Shown here: one piece after another, positions 8,669 to 17,782 of the stretch | Numbering within the stretch: the first letter of the stretch is position 1 | Layout of the letters: the number at the start of each line of letters is the position of its first letter | Virus record (IMG/VR): IMGVR_UViG_3300046542_000227 | Location: 124,001-188,000 of that record | Direction: 5' to 3' (one strand) | DNA length: 64,000 nt | Made by a program: the position numbers and the translations under genes | The notes under the pieces: generated by a model | What the model saw: the letters and a program-made list of their open reading frames with translations, nothing else | Database searches by the model: none | What the model was told of the DNA's origin: nothing

Positions 8669-9141
8669 TGTATTCGCAACTGATCGTGGTTGACTTTAGC
8701 AAGGTAAAGAAGCAGATCGACTTCTCTGGACTAACTGGGTTCACTACGGACACTGTGTCCTATTATCGAGACGATCTGTTTCCTGACTTCTCAGCGTATC
8801 TGTTTAACTACGAGCGCTGGGGTGAGCGACCACTATTTCAACTGGCTTTCATGTTTGAAGGACAGCCAGAACCTAACGGGGTTCTTATGAACTCGGTTGA
8901 GGTAAATGAAATCGTACTACGATCCGCTCTGCGTTACGCAGCGTGGGTTAAGGGTGAGCTGTCAGTAGTTACCCATAAAGGCAACCGTACCATATGTGGC
9001 TATGCCTCTACCGAGAAATACCCCGACCTTGGCAATACGTTGCAATGGTTAGTGGAACCAATCGCGGAGAAACAAGATGCGGAACCTAGCAGTGGAGAAG
9101 ATCCAGCGGAACCGGCGGGAGCGCCAGTTCTACCTTACTAA
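8668..9141 (+). CDS. Hypothetical protein
   Basis: 157 aa ORF, TGATG-coupled to upstream gene. Confidence 0.6.
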   Translation: MYSQLIVVDFSKVKKQIDFSGLTGFTTDTVSYYRDDLFPDFSAYLFNYERWGERPLFQLAFMFEGQPEPNGVLMNSVEVNEIVLRSALRYAAWVKGELSVVTHKGNRTICGYASTEKYPDLGNTLQWLVEPIAEKQDAEPSSGEDPAEPAGAPVLPY

Positions 9142-9208
9142 TGTCGGTGTGATTGTTGCCGGTGTTAGTTACGCTTTGTTCGAACTGTTCAAGCCACTCT
9201 TGCATTGA
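9077..9208 (+). CDS. Candidate 43-aa membrane microprotein (not in ORF track)
   Basis: GGAG RBS at 9066; MRNLAVEKIQRNRRERQFYLTNVGVIVAGVSYALFELFKPLLH: basic N-terminus plus one TM helix. Confidence 0.45.
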   Translation: MRNLAVEKIQRNRRERQFYLTNVGVIVAGVSYALFELFKPLLH

Positions 9209-9235
9209 AGGAAAGTTTTACACATTCTGTAATGG

Positions 9236-9477
9236 TATGTGAAACAGTCCTTGCATGCTACTCACATAGCTCTTTAAAACCCAGGCAACACCCCCAAGGT
9301 GGGCTTCGTCCCCATCATTAACCCCTATCGTACCAGCGTTTAGGGGCAGCTAAACCCGGAAGTGAAGTAGACCCTCGCAAGCAGGCAGCTGGCCAGCGTA
9401 GCGCGGTCGAACATGAAAGGCAATAGCTCTAGCATTAAGAAGTGCAGACCCCCGCCCTCCGGGGCGGGTCTATGCCC
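9236..9477 (+). ncRNA. Candidate structured non-coding RNA B
   Basis: ORF-free; starts at AATGGTATG late-promoter-like motif, ends in GC hairpin; stems TATGTGA/TCACATA, CCCCTA/TAGGGG, CAGCT/AGCTG and a GCAA tetraloop. Confidence 0.5.
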
Positions 9478-9529
9478 GTTCGAACATATTCAACGTCTAT
9501 ATCACTGAGTTGAATACCTACATCTACAG

Positions 9530-9940
9530 GTGGTCATCATGCATGCCCGTTGCACTACGTTGCAAGAAATGAAAGCCCATAAGTGTGAGCGTCCTACATG
9601 TCAGTTCGCTCCAATGTTTCAGGTGTTCGACGTGAACAGTCATGGACTGCACGAATCGATCTACCTGTGTAAAGACCATTATGCCGACTTGCAGCATGAA
9701 CAAACTGCAGCTCAGGCCAAACAGTATTGTGAGCTGTGCGGTAACCCAGACACAAAGTTCTATGACTCACCGAAGTTTGGTGATGCTAACCCCAACAAGA
9801 TCTACCAGGTTTGTGCTGGTTGCAAACAAGAGCAGGAGGATCTGACGCAGGCGGAGTTCGAAGCTCAAGAAGAAGAACCCGCACCCGACGAAGTCGATGA
9901 TCGTCCTAACATCGACCCTACTCCTTACGATGAGTTCTGA
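9530..9940 (+). CDS. Cys-rich putative zinc-finger protein with acidic tail
   Basis: CERPTC, CKDH, CELC, CAGC motifs; Glu/Asp/Pro-rich C-terminus; early promoter at 9497. Confidence 0.6.
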   Translation: MVIMHARCTTLQEMKAHKCERPTCQFAPMFQVFDVNSHGLHESIYLCKDHYADLQHEQTAAQAKQYCELCGNPDTKFYDSPKFGDANPNKIYQVCAGCKQEQEDLTQAEFEAQEEEPAPDEVDDRPNIDPTPYDEF

Positions 9941-9942
9941 AC

Positions 9943-10299
9943 ATGACCGTAGCTAACTTTAAGATCACCGTGGATGGCCGTGAAGTTCACGTGACACCGG
10001 CCGACCATCCAACCCTAGTGGCAGATAGTTTCGGCATGGTGCAACGCATGGGTTACCTGCTGGGTATCTCGACCGGTTATCTGGCGGGGTTGGCTGAGGC
10101 ATGTAAAGACGACAAGATTGCCAAGCTCTACACTACCAAACCGGTAGCCATGGTTACCTTGAGTGGTGAGTTCACAGAGCAGGACGTCGACGATGTTAAG
10201 CGTGCCATGTCCCACATGCTGGGTGTGATCAAAGGACTTACTGATAAGAATCAGGCCTTCATCGAAATCGAAGACCTGTCCTTCAAAATCTACTTCTAA
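9943..10299 (+). CDS. Hypothetical protein
   Basis: 118 aa ORF in tight operon. Confidence 0.6.
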   Translation: MTVANFKITVDGREVHVTPADHPTLVADSFGMVQRMGYLLGISTGYLAGLAEACKDDKIAKLYTTKPVAMVTLSGEFTEQDVDDVKRAMSHMLGVIKGLTDKNQAFIEIEDLSFKIYF

Positions 10300-10302
10300 G
10301 GA

Positions 10303-10650
10303 TTGCACATGTCCACCGTTACATTCTCATTACGAGTTGACGACATTGCAGTACAACCAGACACCAATGGTCCGGTTACCTGTACCATCATGGACCAAAG
10401 CATGGCGGTAAACAACCTGATCTATCTGATCGGGTTTGCCATTGGTTGGATGCGTCAGGACTCTACTACCCATGGTGACATGTGGATTTGCACATCGATC
10501 CTCACCCCTAACGAACAACGGGTCGTCGGCAGGTACATGCACATGGCCATGCAATACATGCATGTCCGTACTCGACATCCAGACCTGTTGCATTATGATC
10601 CTAATGGTCAGGTCATTACTATCCACCGCGACGAAAGCCGAGATCTTTAA
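10303..10650 (+). CDS. Hypothetical protein
   Basis: 115 aa ORF, AAGGA RBS. Confidence 0.55.
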   Translation: MHMSTVTFSLRVDDIAVQPDTNGPVTCTIMDQSMAVNNLIYLIGFAIGWMRQDSTTHGDMWICTSILTPNEQRVVGRYMHMAMQYMHVRTRHPDLLHYDPNGQVITIHRDESRDL

Positions 10651-10652
10651 TT

Positions 10653-11174
10653 ATGGGTATCCGTAGAACATTCGAACCACTGCCAGTATTTGAAGCGCTG
10701 TTTTACATGCAGATGCGTATGATCCCTGACTGCAACGTCATCAATCATTCCTCTGTGTGTGAGAAGCTGGACGTCTACAAAGTGATGTGCATCGGCTACG
10801 CTAAGTGCACCCTTGATGGTCGCCTGCATGGTGTACCGATGTTGGCTAAGTTGGGTGAAGACGGCAGTATCACTAACTGGCTCGTTGTCGGCACTGATAA
10901 GGGCGTGGTGGTGGTCAGTGAAAAGGGTGAGATCTACTGGTCTGATTCCTACAGCGAAAAGGTGAAGAAACACTTCCCCAATAACCAGAAGAAAATCGAT
11001 CTGGTGGTTAAGAAGGCACTGGTCTGTGGCTTGTCCATCCGCCGGTTGTTGACGTATCTGGAACAGGATGTAAAGGGTCCAGATACCGAGCTGTACATGG
11101 TCACCAATGCAATCCACGGTGCTGCTGACTTGATGGGTAACGGTGATCTAAATAAAGAACTCGGTTTCCCGTGA
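10653..11174 (+). CDS. Hypothetical protein
   Basis: 173 aa ORF ending at a palindromic hairpin. Confidence 0.6.
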   Translation: MGIRRTFEPLPVFEALFYMQMRMIPDCNVINHSSVCEKLDVYKVMCIGYAKCTLDGRLHGVPMLAKLGEDGSITNWLVVGTDKGVVVVSEKGEIYWSDSYSEKVKKHFPNNQKKIDLVVKKALVCGLSIRRLLTYLEQDVKGPDTELYMVTNAIHGAADLMGNGDLNKELGFP

Positions 11175-11175
11175 C

Positions 11176-11213
11176 GACATAAAGCCCCTCCCATCGCGGG
11201 AGGGGCCTATGCC
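11176..11213. repeat. Palindromic hairpin family RCATA-GC stem-loop-TATGY, likely bidirectional terminators; copies or variants at ~9444, 16399, 16703, 19603, 24582, 33280, 37745, 42015, 43038, 50102, 52912, 59541
   Basis: Recurrent intergenic inverted repeats with conserved outer arms, mostly at convergent gene junctions. Confidence 0.75.
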
Positions 11214-11219
11214 GCTTTT

Positions 11220-12098
11220 TTATTTGACCGAAGCATCGATCCAAGCAATGCAGCCGCGCATCCAGGCGTAGAACGCATCGTAACCGACGCAAGGACGGTT
11301 GTAATACGCATGACTGAAACGAGCCGAGTAGTCGAAGATGTCATTGATCAAGCGGAAACAGTTCCGGTTGTTCTCAACATCACGGCCGTAGGTGGCATTA
11401 GCTACCAGCTTCGCACCGTCTTCACTGTAGAGGTACCAGCGCTTGTTCAGTGTGGTGGCGAACTCACGGTCCCAAGCATCATGATAGCCAGTGTGGCTAT
11501 AGAAGCTGTCGACCATGTAGATCAGACTGGCTACCAGTTTAGTAACCTGCTCTTTGTTCAGGGCAGGTAGGCTAGCACCCTTCTTGCTGACGTCGTATTC
11601 CGTACCCAGCACGTTGAACTTCGGCGGCACGAACTTGAGGTCCATGGTTTCGAGGTGCGCAGCGAGCTTGTCGGGTTTGGTGTAGCCATACGACTTAACA
11701 AACTCGAAGGAGGGCTCTACCTTCTTCCAGTACGGGTCAGCAATCTTCTTGTTGGCAGCGTTCGACTTAACCCAGGCATCGGCCAGCTTACGCATACCGC
11801 CATTGTAGTCGCCAGTGAACGGTTCGCCGTATTGGCTAATCTTGACTTCACCTTCCACGAAGCGGCGCTTAGCGAGCCATTCTGGATCGAGGTAAGTCTT
11901 GCTCAGGGTGGCTTTGTTCAGTTGTGGGTCACCCTTGTCGTCAGACAACTTAGGTGCACGACCATGGCGGATGTTACGGAAGACGTCACCGATTGATTGG
12001 AAGAAACCTTCTTCCGATACAGTCAGATAGTTTTCGATGGAGACGCGTTCGTCGCCAACGGCACCCACGTTTTCATTTAGGAACTTTTCGAGATCCAT
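11220..12098 (-). CDS. Putative internal head protein, paralogue 1
   Basis: Acidic N-terminus with SIE and SEE|GF prohead-protease-type sites, KTYL..EWL..R motif, C-terminal DASVK. Confidence 0.6.
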   Translation of the reverse strand: MDLEKFLNENVGAVGDERVSIENYLTVSEEGFFQSIGDVFRNIRHGRAPKLSDDKGDPQLNKATLSKTYLDPEWLAKRRFVEGEVKISQYGEPFTGDYNGGMRKLADAWVKSNAANKKIADPYWKKVEPSFEFVKSYGYTKPDKLAAHLETMDLKFVPPKFNVLGTEYDVSKKGASLPALNKEQVTKLVASLIYMVDSFYSHTGYHDAWDREFATTLNKRWYLYSEDGAKLVANATYGRDVENNRNCFRLINDIFDYSARFSHAYYNRPCVGYDAFYAWMRGCIAWIDASVK

Positions 12099-13127
12099 TT
12101 ATTTCACCGATGCATCAATGAGTCGAGCGTAAGCCCGGATGATCGAATCAACATGGCGCAAATGGAATGCGATCATGCGATTCGGAATGCTGTAGACGTT
12201 CTTCATGAGGTCAAACATGCGCTCATGGACGTCAGTGTCGATTGGGTTCTGGCTGGCAGCGTCCGGGCCAGTGTTGTACTCTTCGGCGCGTTCCATGTAA
12301 TCTTCGAGTTCACCGATGTACGACTTGACGACTTGGAAGCCCTTCATGTTGGCGAAGTCCACGCGAAGCTCGGCCATGATATCCAAAGCCTTGGAGACTT
12401 CGATGATACCTTGTGCCGAAGTCATGACTTCGGTTGCAGACAACGCGGCACGTTTGTAGTCTTTGAGCTTAGCTGCGTTGAATGGCTTGTCGCTGTCCAG
12501 CGCTGGCGTCAGGATACGCTGAACGTGGGTGTTACCGAACGTGGTCCGGAAGTCTACAGTCAGGCGCACTTGGGATTGCTCCAGTGCCTCACTGATTGCT
12601 TCGAACTCGAAGTAGTTCAGGTTATCGGCACCCTGAGTGTTGGTCTTGCGCATGATGCGCTGCAGTTCCAGGTCGATCAAACGCAGGTACTGAGAATACA
12701 CCTCGGCAATCTTGCGTTGTTTTTCGAGGAAGTCTGCAATCGGTGCGGCCAGGTCGGTGGTGTTGATTACACCGTCGATACCGATATAGTCGTAAGAACC
12801 ATCGAGCTTGAGGATGGTGCCTTCACGCACACTGCGCCGGGCCAACCAGTCAGCATTTAGATAGGTCTTCTCCAATGCCTTGACGATAACGTCACGACGA
12901 GCAGACCAGCCACCGGCCATGGCACTAACACCTGGCTTACCTGGCTCAGACAACCAAGTCCAGAAACGTTTGAGTACTTCGGTGAAACCCTCTTGGGAAA
13001 TGGTCTCGTCACCATCCACACCAAAGAGCGCATCGACCTGCGATTCGACCGGAACTACCGTGTCGGTATCGGCCGTTGCGTTGTTATCAAGAAAGCTTTG
13101 AATATCCACATTAGTCCCCTTGGACAT
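12099..13127 (-). CDS. Putative internal head protein, paralogue 2
   Basis: SQE|GF site, KTYL..DWL..R motif, C-terminal DASVK; likely start MSKGTNV at 13127. Confidence 0.6.
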   Translation of the reverse strand: MSKGTNVDIQSFLDNNATADTDTVVPVESQVDALFGVDGDETISQEGFTEVLKRFWTWLSEPGKPGVSAMAGGWSARRDVIVKALEKTYLNADWLARRSVREGTILKLDGSYDYIGIDGVINTTDLAAPIADFLEKQRKIAEVYSQYLRLIDLELQRIMRKTNTQGADNLNYFEFEAISEALEQSQVRLTVDFRTTFGNTHVQRILTPALDSDKPFNAAKLKDYKRAALSATEVMTSAQGIIEVSKALDIMAELRVDFANMKGFQVVKSYIGELEDYMERAEEYNTGPDAASQNPIDTDVHERMFDLMKNVYSIPNRMIAFHLRHVDSIIRAYARLIDASVK

Positions 13128-13193
13128 GCCCCAAATGTTTACCACATACAATGCCAATTTGCCGTCAGCATTGCATGTGGTAAGCCCTGAGAG

Positions 13194-14930
13194 TTAGAAC
13201 TGTCGCACGTCGAAGTCGACGGTCATCGTTCCGGTGAAGGTTGCTGGTACACCCGATACCTGCGTAATCCGCACGTCGATGTCGTTACCTGGAACCACTA
13301 CAAACGCGCCAGTAAAGCTGAACCGAGGTGGTCCATCCTTAACGTGATCATAGTACGCCACAACGTTGGTAGCCAACCCTGCCACAAACAGCTGCGCTAT
13401 ATAACGCTGACCGTTAGCGGGTACGTTGTTACCTTGGAGGTTACAGATCACACGAGCGAACGAAGCACGCAATGGCGTGTTGATAACGGTAGCACCAGAT
13501 GACACCACACCACACTTATACGGATCCACTGTGGCACCATCAAAACTCATGCGGGTTGCAGAGTTATGTGGGATCGTAGTGCCTGGGTCGGTCCGATGTA
13601 CGCGTGGTTCGATGACCCGTCCTTTATCCGTGTAGCTATAGGTGTCCAACTCAGCCGGCCACAGTGGGCTACCAGGATCGATCTTCATACCGTCGCCAGT
13701 ATAATGGAAGCTGAACGCCTGGTGCATGTCCACACCGTTCCACAGTGTCTTACGGACAGCAATGTAGTCGGTGATGTCTGGAATACCACCATCGAGCGGA
13801 TCGTTATGGATCAGTCGACCTGCGATAGGACCAGTACAGTTGGTATAGCGCACGATACGTGGCATGTGTCCTTGCAACACAATACCACCACGGTCTGGTC
13901 GATCCTGAGCACCGAAGTAGTTAGTGCACGCGTCGTAGATAACACCCACTTCAATGGACGTATCGGTACCTGTAGTAAAGCGTGGTGGTGCTGCGAACCA
14001 GTACACCCCAGGGAGGCCACCGTTTTCACCACCGAAGCGCACCTTCGTCAGACGAATACCACCGAAGGAATCGACCCAACGGCAACGAGGACCGAACACA
14101 CCACTAGGCACCAGCATGATGTCGGATATGGTGAGCAAGCCAACGTGCTTAATAACAGCGGTATCGAGATCGAACCAATCTGAATACGGCTGCATCCAAC
14201 CACCAGAAATGAAGGTGTGGTCGCACTCGGTGAACAGCGAACGACGGCAACGCGACCAACGGCAGTTTTCGAAGATAGCTTGAGTCGAAGTTACACCGTA
14301 GTCAGTCGCAGTGTTATGCAGGTTCACCGCGTAGTCGTTAGAGCCAACGAACGTACAGTTGCGGAACATCCACAGACCGAAGTTAACGTTCTTGTTGTTG
14401 AGGTGAACTTGAGTCAAGCCACCAATGAAGTAGATGTTCTCGTAGTGAGCACGGTAACTGAGGTTCCCCACGATCATGTCTACGTTCGGCCCGGCTTCAA
14501 TAGAAGCAAAGCCATTGGCACGCAGGAACACAGCGGTAGGCATGGTACGGGTGAGTTTAACCCGAGCACCTTTAGGGATCGTTAGACCTGGGGTAACCAC
14601 CACAGTACTAGGCTCACCCGCACCGATCATCGGCTTCCAGTATTTGGTCTTGGAGATCTGCCAGTTAACAGCACGCTCGTATGCATCCGAGTCGTCGTTA
14701 ACCCCATCACCCACAAAACCTTTGAAGTCAGACAGATCACGATTACCATCGAGTTTAATTTCGACGGTCTGATCTACAGTAGAAGTAGAAGTGACATCAC
14801 CAGGACGATAGGTGATTTTACGGGAACCCAAAGAACTTAAAAGGTCTGTTCGGATGCCGGCGTCGTTGATAAGTTGATTGACATAAATAGCTAACTTTGT
14901 TAAAGCACCGGCAGACATAGATATCTCCAA
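13194..14930 (-). CDS. Tailspike/depolymerase-like beta-helix protein with C-terminal beta-sandwich
   Basis: FVGDGVNDDSDAYERAV (pectate-lyase-3-like start motif), repetitive F.NC beta-helix rungs, C1q/TNF-like C-terminus. Confidence 0.7.
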   Translation of the reverse strand: MEISMSAGALTKLAIYVNQLINDAGIRTDLLSSLGSRKITYRPGDVTSTSTVDQTVEIKLDGNRDLSDFKGFVGDGVNDDSDAYERAVNWQISKTKYWKPMIGAGEPSTVVVTPGLTIPKGARVKLTRTMPTAVFLRANGFASIEAGPNVDMIVGNLSYRAHYENIYFIGGLTQVHLNNKNVNFGLWMFRNCTFVGSNDYAVNLHNTATDYGVTSTQAIFENCRWSRCRRSLFTECDHTFISGGWMQPYSDWFDLDTAVIKHVGLLTISDIMLVPSGVFGPRCRWVDSFGGIRLTKVRFGGENGGLPGVYWFAAPPRFTTGTDTSIEVGVIYDACTNYFGAQDRPDRGGIVLQGHMPRIVRYTNCTGPIAGRLIHNDPLDGGIPDITDYIAVRKTLWNGVDMHQAFSFHYTGDGMKIDPGSPLWPAELDTYSYTDKGRVIEPRVHRTDPGTTIPHNSATRMSFDGATVDPYKCGVVSSGATVINTPLRASFARVICNLQGNNVPANGQRYIAQLFVAGLATNVVAYYDHVKDGPPRFSFTGAFVVVPGNDIDVRITQVSGVPATFTGTMTVDFDVRQF

Positions 14931-15023
14931 TGGTCGGTTCTATTGCTTATCACATATCGTTAGCAAGGAAATACCGGATGGTTTTATAGTCTGTTACTTC
15001 TAAACTGACATGGACTATTCGCC

Positions 15024-15296
15024 GTGACTGAGATCCTGCCCCGCCATCAATTTGAATTCCTAATGAAACACAACGACTTCGTTATTAATGAGGGTCGTAT
15101 TTCGTGTAACTTGTGTGGCAGTAATTGTGGGCAGTGTGGTGTCGGTCGTCAGCAATCGGACTGTCAGGATTACATTGATCACCATGCTGAGGAATTCGGA
15201 ATCAAACCCTTGCCCAAACTTAAAGACATGCCATTCCCGTCACCGATGGTGATCCTGATGGCTATCGCCTCTATCGTACACGTCTTCGTTCAATAA
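15024..15296 (+). CDS. Cys-rich protein with C-terminal TM segment
   Basis: CNLCGSNCGQC and terminal MVILMAIASIVHVFV. Confidence 0.55.
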   Translation: MTEILPRHQFEFLMKHNDFVINEGRISCNLCGSNCGQCGVGRQQSDCQDYIDHHAEEFGIKPLPKLKDMPFPSPMVILMAIASIVHVFVQ

Positions 15297-15305
15297 GGAC
15301 ATCCC

Positions 15306-15713
15306 ATGCTGACCAAAGCCGCCACACCTGAAGTTAAAGCCCTGTATGACCAAGCCATGGCTATCTTTAATAGCTATGCTATCGCTCGGGTTTATGCCAG
15401 CGAGATCACGATGGTGATTGATCGTAAGCCAAATGCCACCGAACACGACATCTGGTTCTACAACTTCAGTAAAGGTCCTGAGCGCTTTGCTCAGCTGGTT
15501 AATGCTGGCGAGTACATGTTGCTGGACTCTGGATTGTCCGAGATCAAGGTGGTGAACTCCATGCGTGGGTTGCCTACGGTATTGACTGAAGCACGTGAAC
15601 GCTGCTGCCAGATCGAAACCGGGCTACCGTATCTTGTCGCTACCGGTAAAGCAGACCTACCCGAACGTCCTCGTGGTCGTGGTTACCTGCGTCGTAGTAA
15701 GGAGGTCGCATGA
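15306..15713 (+). CDS. Hypothetical protein
   Basis: 135 aa, AAGGA RBS. Confidence 0.6.
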   Translation: MLTKAATPEVKALYDQAMAIFNSYAIARVYASEITMVIDRKPNATEHDIWFYNFSKGPERFAQLVNAGEYMLLDSGLSEIKVVNSMRGLPTVLTEARERCCQIETGLPYLVATGKADLPERPRGRGYLRRSKEVA

Positions 15714-16171
15714 CACTGAATCGATATCGTTTTTATAAAACCGAGAACCAGTACTCGGGTCGGTGTCCGGCAGGGATGACGCCTGATCATCTTGGTGCCT
15801 ACTGCTTGGTGGATGATGTCGCTTTAGACCTCGATCAGGCCAAGGCACTACGTGACTTTAACCGACGACTGAAGCGGTTAGGTCATGGGTCGGTACATGA
15901 GTTAGTAGTTAAGCTCGAAGCTGAACAAGAGGCGTTCGATAAGACCCGTGCGCGCATCGAGCCGATGAAACAACATCTTCAGTTCTTCAAGGTAGCCGAC
16001 GGTGAATCCGAACGAGGTTTTAAGGTTGTCCGTGTTCGCGATGACCATGCCCAATTACTGATTGATGAACACATGGAGATCTGGGTAGCTTTTATTAACC
16101 AGAGACCTAGCGATAGAACGATGGTGTTCTTGGATGCCGACTTGCACATCAAGCGCATCATGCATGTTTAA
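15710..16171 (+). CDS. Hypothetical protein
   Basis: 153 aa, AAGGAGG RBS, ATGA overlap. Confidence 0.6.
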   Translation: MTLNRYRFYKTENQYSGRCPAGMTPDHLGAYCLVDDVALDLDQAKALRDFNRRLKRLGHGSVHELVVKLEAEQEAFDKTRARIEPMKQHLQFFKVADGESERGFKVVRVRDDHAQLLIDEHMEIWVAFINQRPSDRTMVFLDADLHIKRIMHV

Positions 16172-16305
16172 TTATATACAGCAGTCGTAGTGCTTGCACC
16201 TTGAGAACCTTATCTACTCTCTTGACCGATGGCGTACCCGTCCGCATTAAACATCGGTAGGACTTCGGTCCCACGACTGCGCCTAATTAAACAGAGGATC
16301 GTGAT

Positions 16306-16398
16306 ATGGCAGCGAAACGTAAACCTGCACCTAAGGTCAAACCTGAGGCTAAGCCGGACAATCGTATCAGTATCAAGATCCCGCTGTGCCTGCAATAA
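16306..16398 (+). CDS. Candidate 30-aa Lys/Pro-rich microprotein (not in ORF track)
   Basis: AGAGGA RBS; MAAKRKPAPKVKPEAKPDNRISIKIPLCLQ; followed directly by a hairpin. Confidence 0.45.
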   Translation: MAAKRKPAPKVKPEAKPDNRISIKIPLCLQ

Positions 16399-16515
16399 AC
16401 ATCTAGCCCGCTTCGGCGGGCTTTATGCCGTCTCGGACTTGAATGCACTATCCTTGAGAACTATATTGTCTTTGTGAATAAGGATCAATCGATCCTTAAC
16501 CATGGAGTAACAATA

Positions 16516-16692
16516 ATGAGCTTCTTTGACATCTTCAAACATGAACCTAAACGTGCTGCTCTGAACCATCGGTTGGCTTCGGCTAAACGTGGTCTGGAAC
16601 GTGCTATGCGTTTGCATGGTATCAACAGCGACCGGGCTCGTGAGTTTGACAAACTCATCGATAAACTGGAAGCCGAGAAACATTATGCATAA
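16516..16692 (+). CDS. Small basic hypothetical protein (58 aa)
   Basis: Early promoter at 16461 and GGAG RBS place the start at 16516. Confidence 0.6.
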   Translation: MSFFDIFKHEPKRAALNHRLASAKRGLERAMRLHGINSDRAREFDKLIDKLEAEKHYA

Positions 16693-16748
16693 GTGCATAG
16701 GCGGCATAGCGCTCTCCCTCACGGGAGAGCGACTATCCTTTTTTCTTT

Positions 16749-17771
16749 TTACTTAACCGACGCATCGATCAGATGGATCAGGCCACGCAACATCAAGCCG
16801 ATCTCATAACCACCATTAGAGGTGTTGGCAGACCAGTCGTACTCGATACCGTAAGAGAACGTAGACAAGTCATCAGCCATGCGACCGATCTCATCCACGG
16901 TGTCTTGGTCTTTGACGTGGAACTTGATCATCGCCACTACGCGTGGGTCTTTCTCAGTCCAAGCACGATCAGCACTGCCCTGGGTGTACATGTCGGTGTA
17001 CCAGCTGGTATCCTTGAAAGGATTCATTGGCGAACCATAGTAAACCGTAGTCAGTTGCTGGATCAGACCTGCCGCCTTAACTACACCCTCAGCATCGAGA
17101 TGTGGCAGTCTGGCGTCAGCCGGTTCCAACGCCCACACCATGTCAACGAAGTCAGCACCGTCTGGTACCGCAGCGTTATTCTTGGCACGGACTACACGAA
17201 CCATCTCAGGATCTTTCCAGCTACTGCCAGTGAAGAGATCCAGATACGGCTTAACCTGAGCCAACAGTTTGTTGATGACTGGCTTGTTCTTGTCCGAGCA
17301 AACTTTCATCGCTTGGATCAACTTAGCCACAGTGGCCGCTGGATCACCTTGCAACAGGTTACCACCTTTAACCATGACCTCGCCCGGGATCAGACGACGA
17401 GACTTCACCCACGTCAGATTACCGTACGTGCGTTTGATCTCTTCCATCTTGGACGGCATGTTCATGTCGGACAGTTGTGGTTTCTTGCCACGCATGACGT
17501 TACGCAGCACATCGCCAGCGGCGTCCATGAAACCTTCGTTAGACAATGTCTCACCCAACGGAGCGATCTGGTCATCACTGCCCATACCGACCATTTCCAG
17601 CCAGTCTTCGGTGGAAGACTTTTTGTCGTCTTCATGGTCTTCACGAATTTCTTCGATGTCCGACTTGATGAAGTCCTTGATGGTTTCTTCCGGCAGGTCT
17701 TTCTTCTCACCGAACTCGCGAACCCGTTTAATGGCTTCGCCGATCTCGGCTCCTACGTTCTTCTCCGACAT
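16749..17771 (-). CDS. Putative internal head protein, paralogue 3
   Basis: Long acidic N-terminal region, SNE|GF site, RTYG..TWV..RR motif, C-terminal DASVK. Confidence 0.6.
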   Translation of the reverse strand: MSEKNVGAEIGEAIKRVREFGEKKDLPEETIKDFIKSDIEEIREDHEDDKKSSTEDWLEMVGMGSDDQIAPLGETLSNEGFMDAAGDVLRNVMRGKKPQLSDMNMPSKMEEIKRTYGNLTWVKSRRLIPGEVMVKGGNLLQGDPAATVAKLIQAMKVCSDKNKPVINKLLAQVKPYLDLFTGSSWKDPEMVRVVRAKNNAAVPDGADFVDMVWALEPADARLPHLDAEGVVKAAGLIQQLTTVYYGSPMNPFKDTSWYTDMYTQGSADRAWTEKDPRVVAMIKFHVKDQDTVDEIGRMADDLSTFSYGIEYDWSANTSNGGYEIGLMLRGLIHLIDASVK

Positions 17772-17782
17772 GAGGTGTTTCC

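Noticed and set aside
9352-9372. CCGGAAGTGAAGTAG resembles SRP RNA helix 8 (CCGGAAGGAAGCAG)
   Set aside because: The 5' CAGG side and long closing helix are missing; treated as chance similarity pending a covariance search
4735-9477. Known self-cleaving ribozyme in ncRNA candidates A or B
   Set aside because: No hammerhead CUGAUGA/GAAA core and no recognisable twister or pistol consensus by eye
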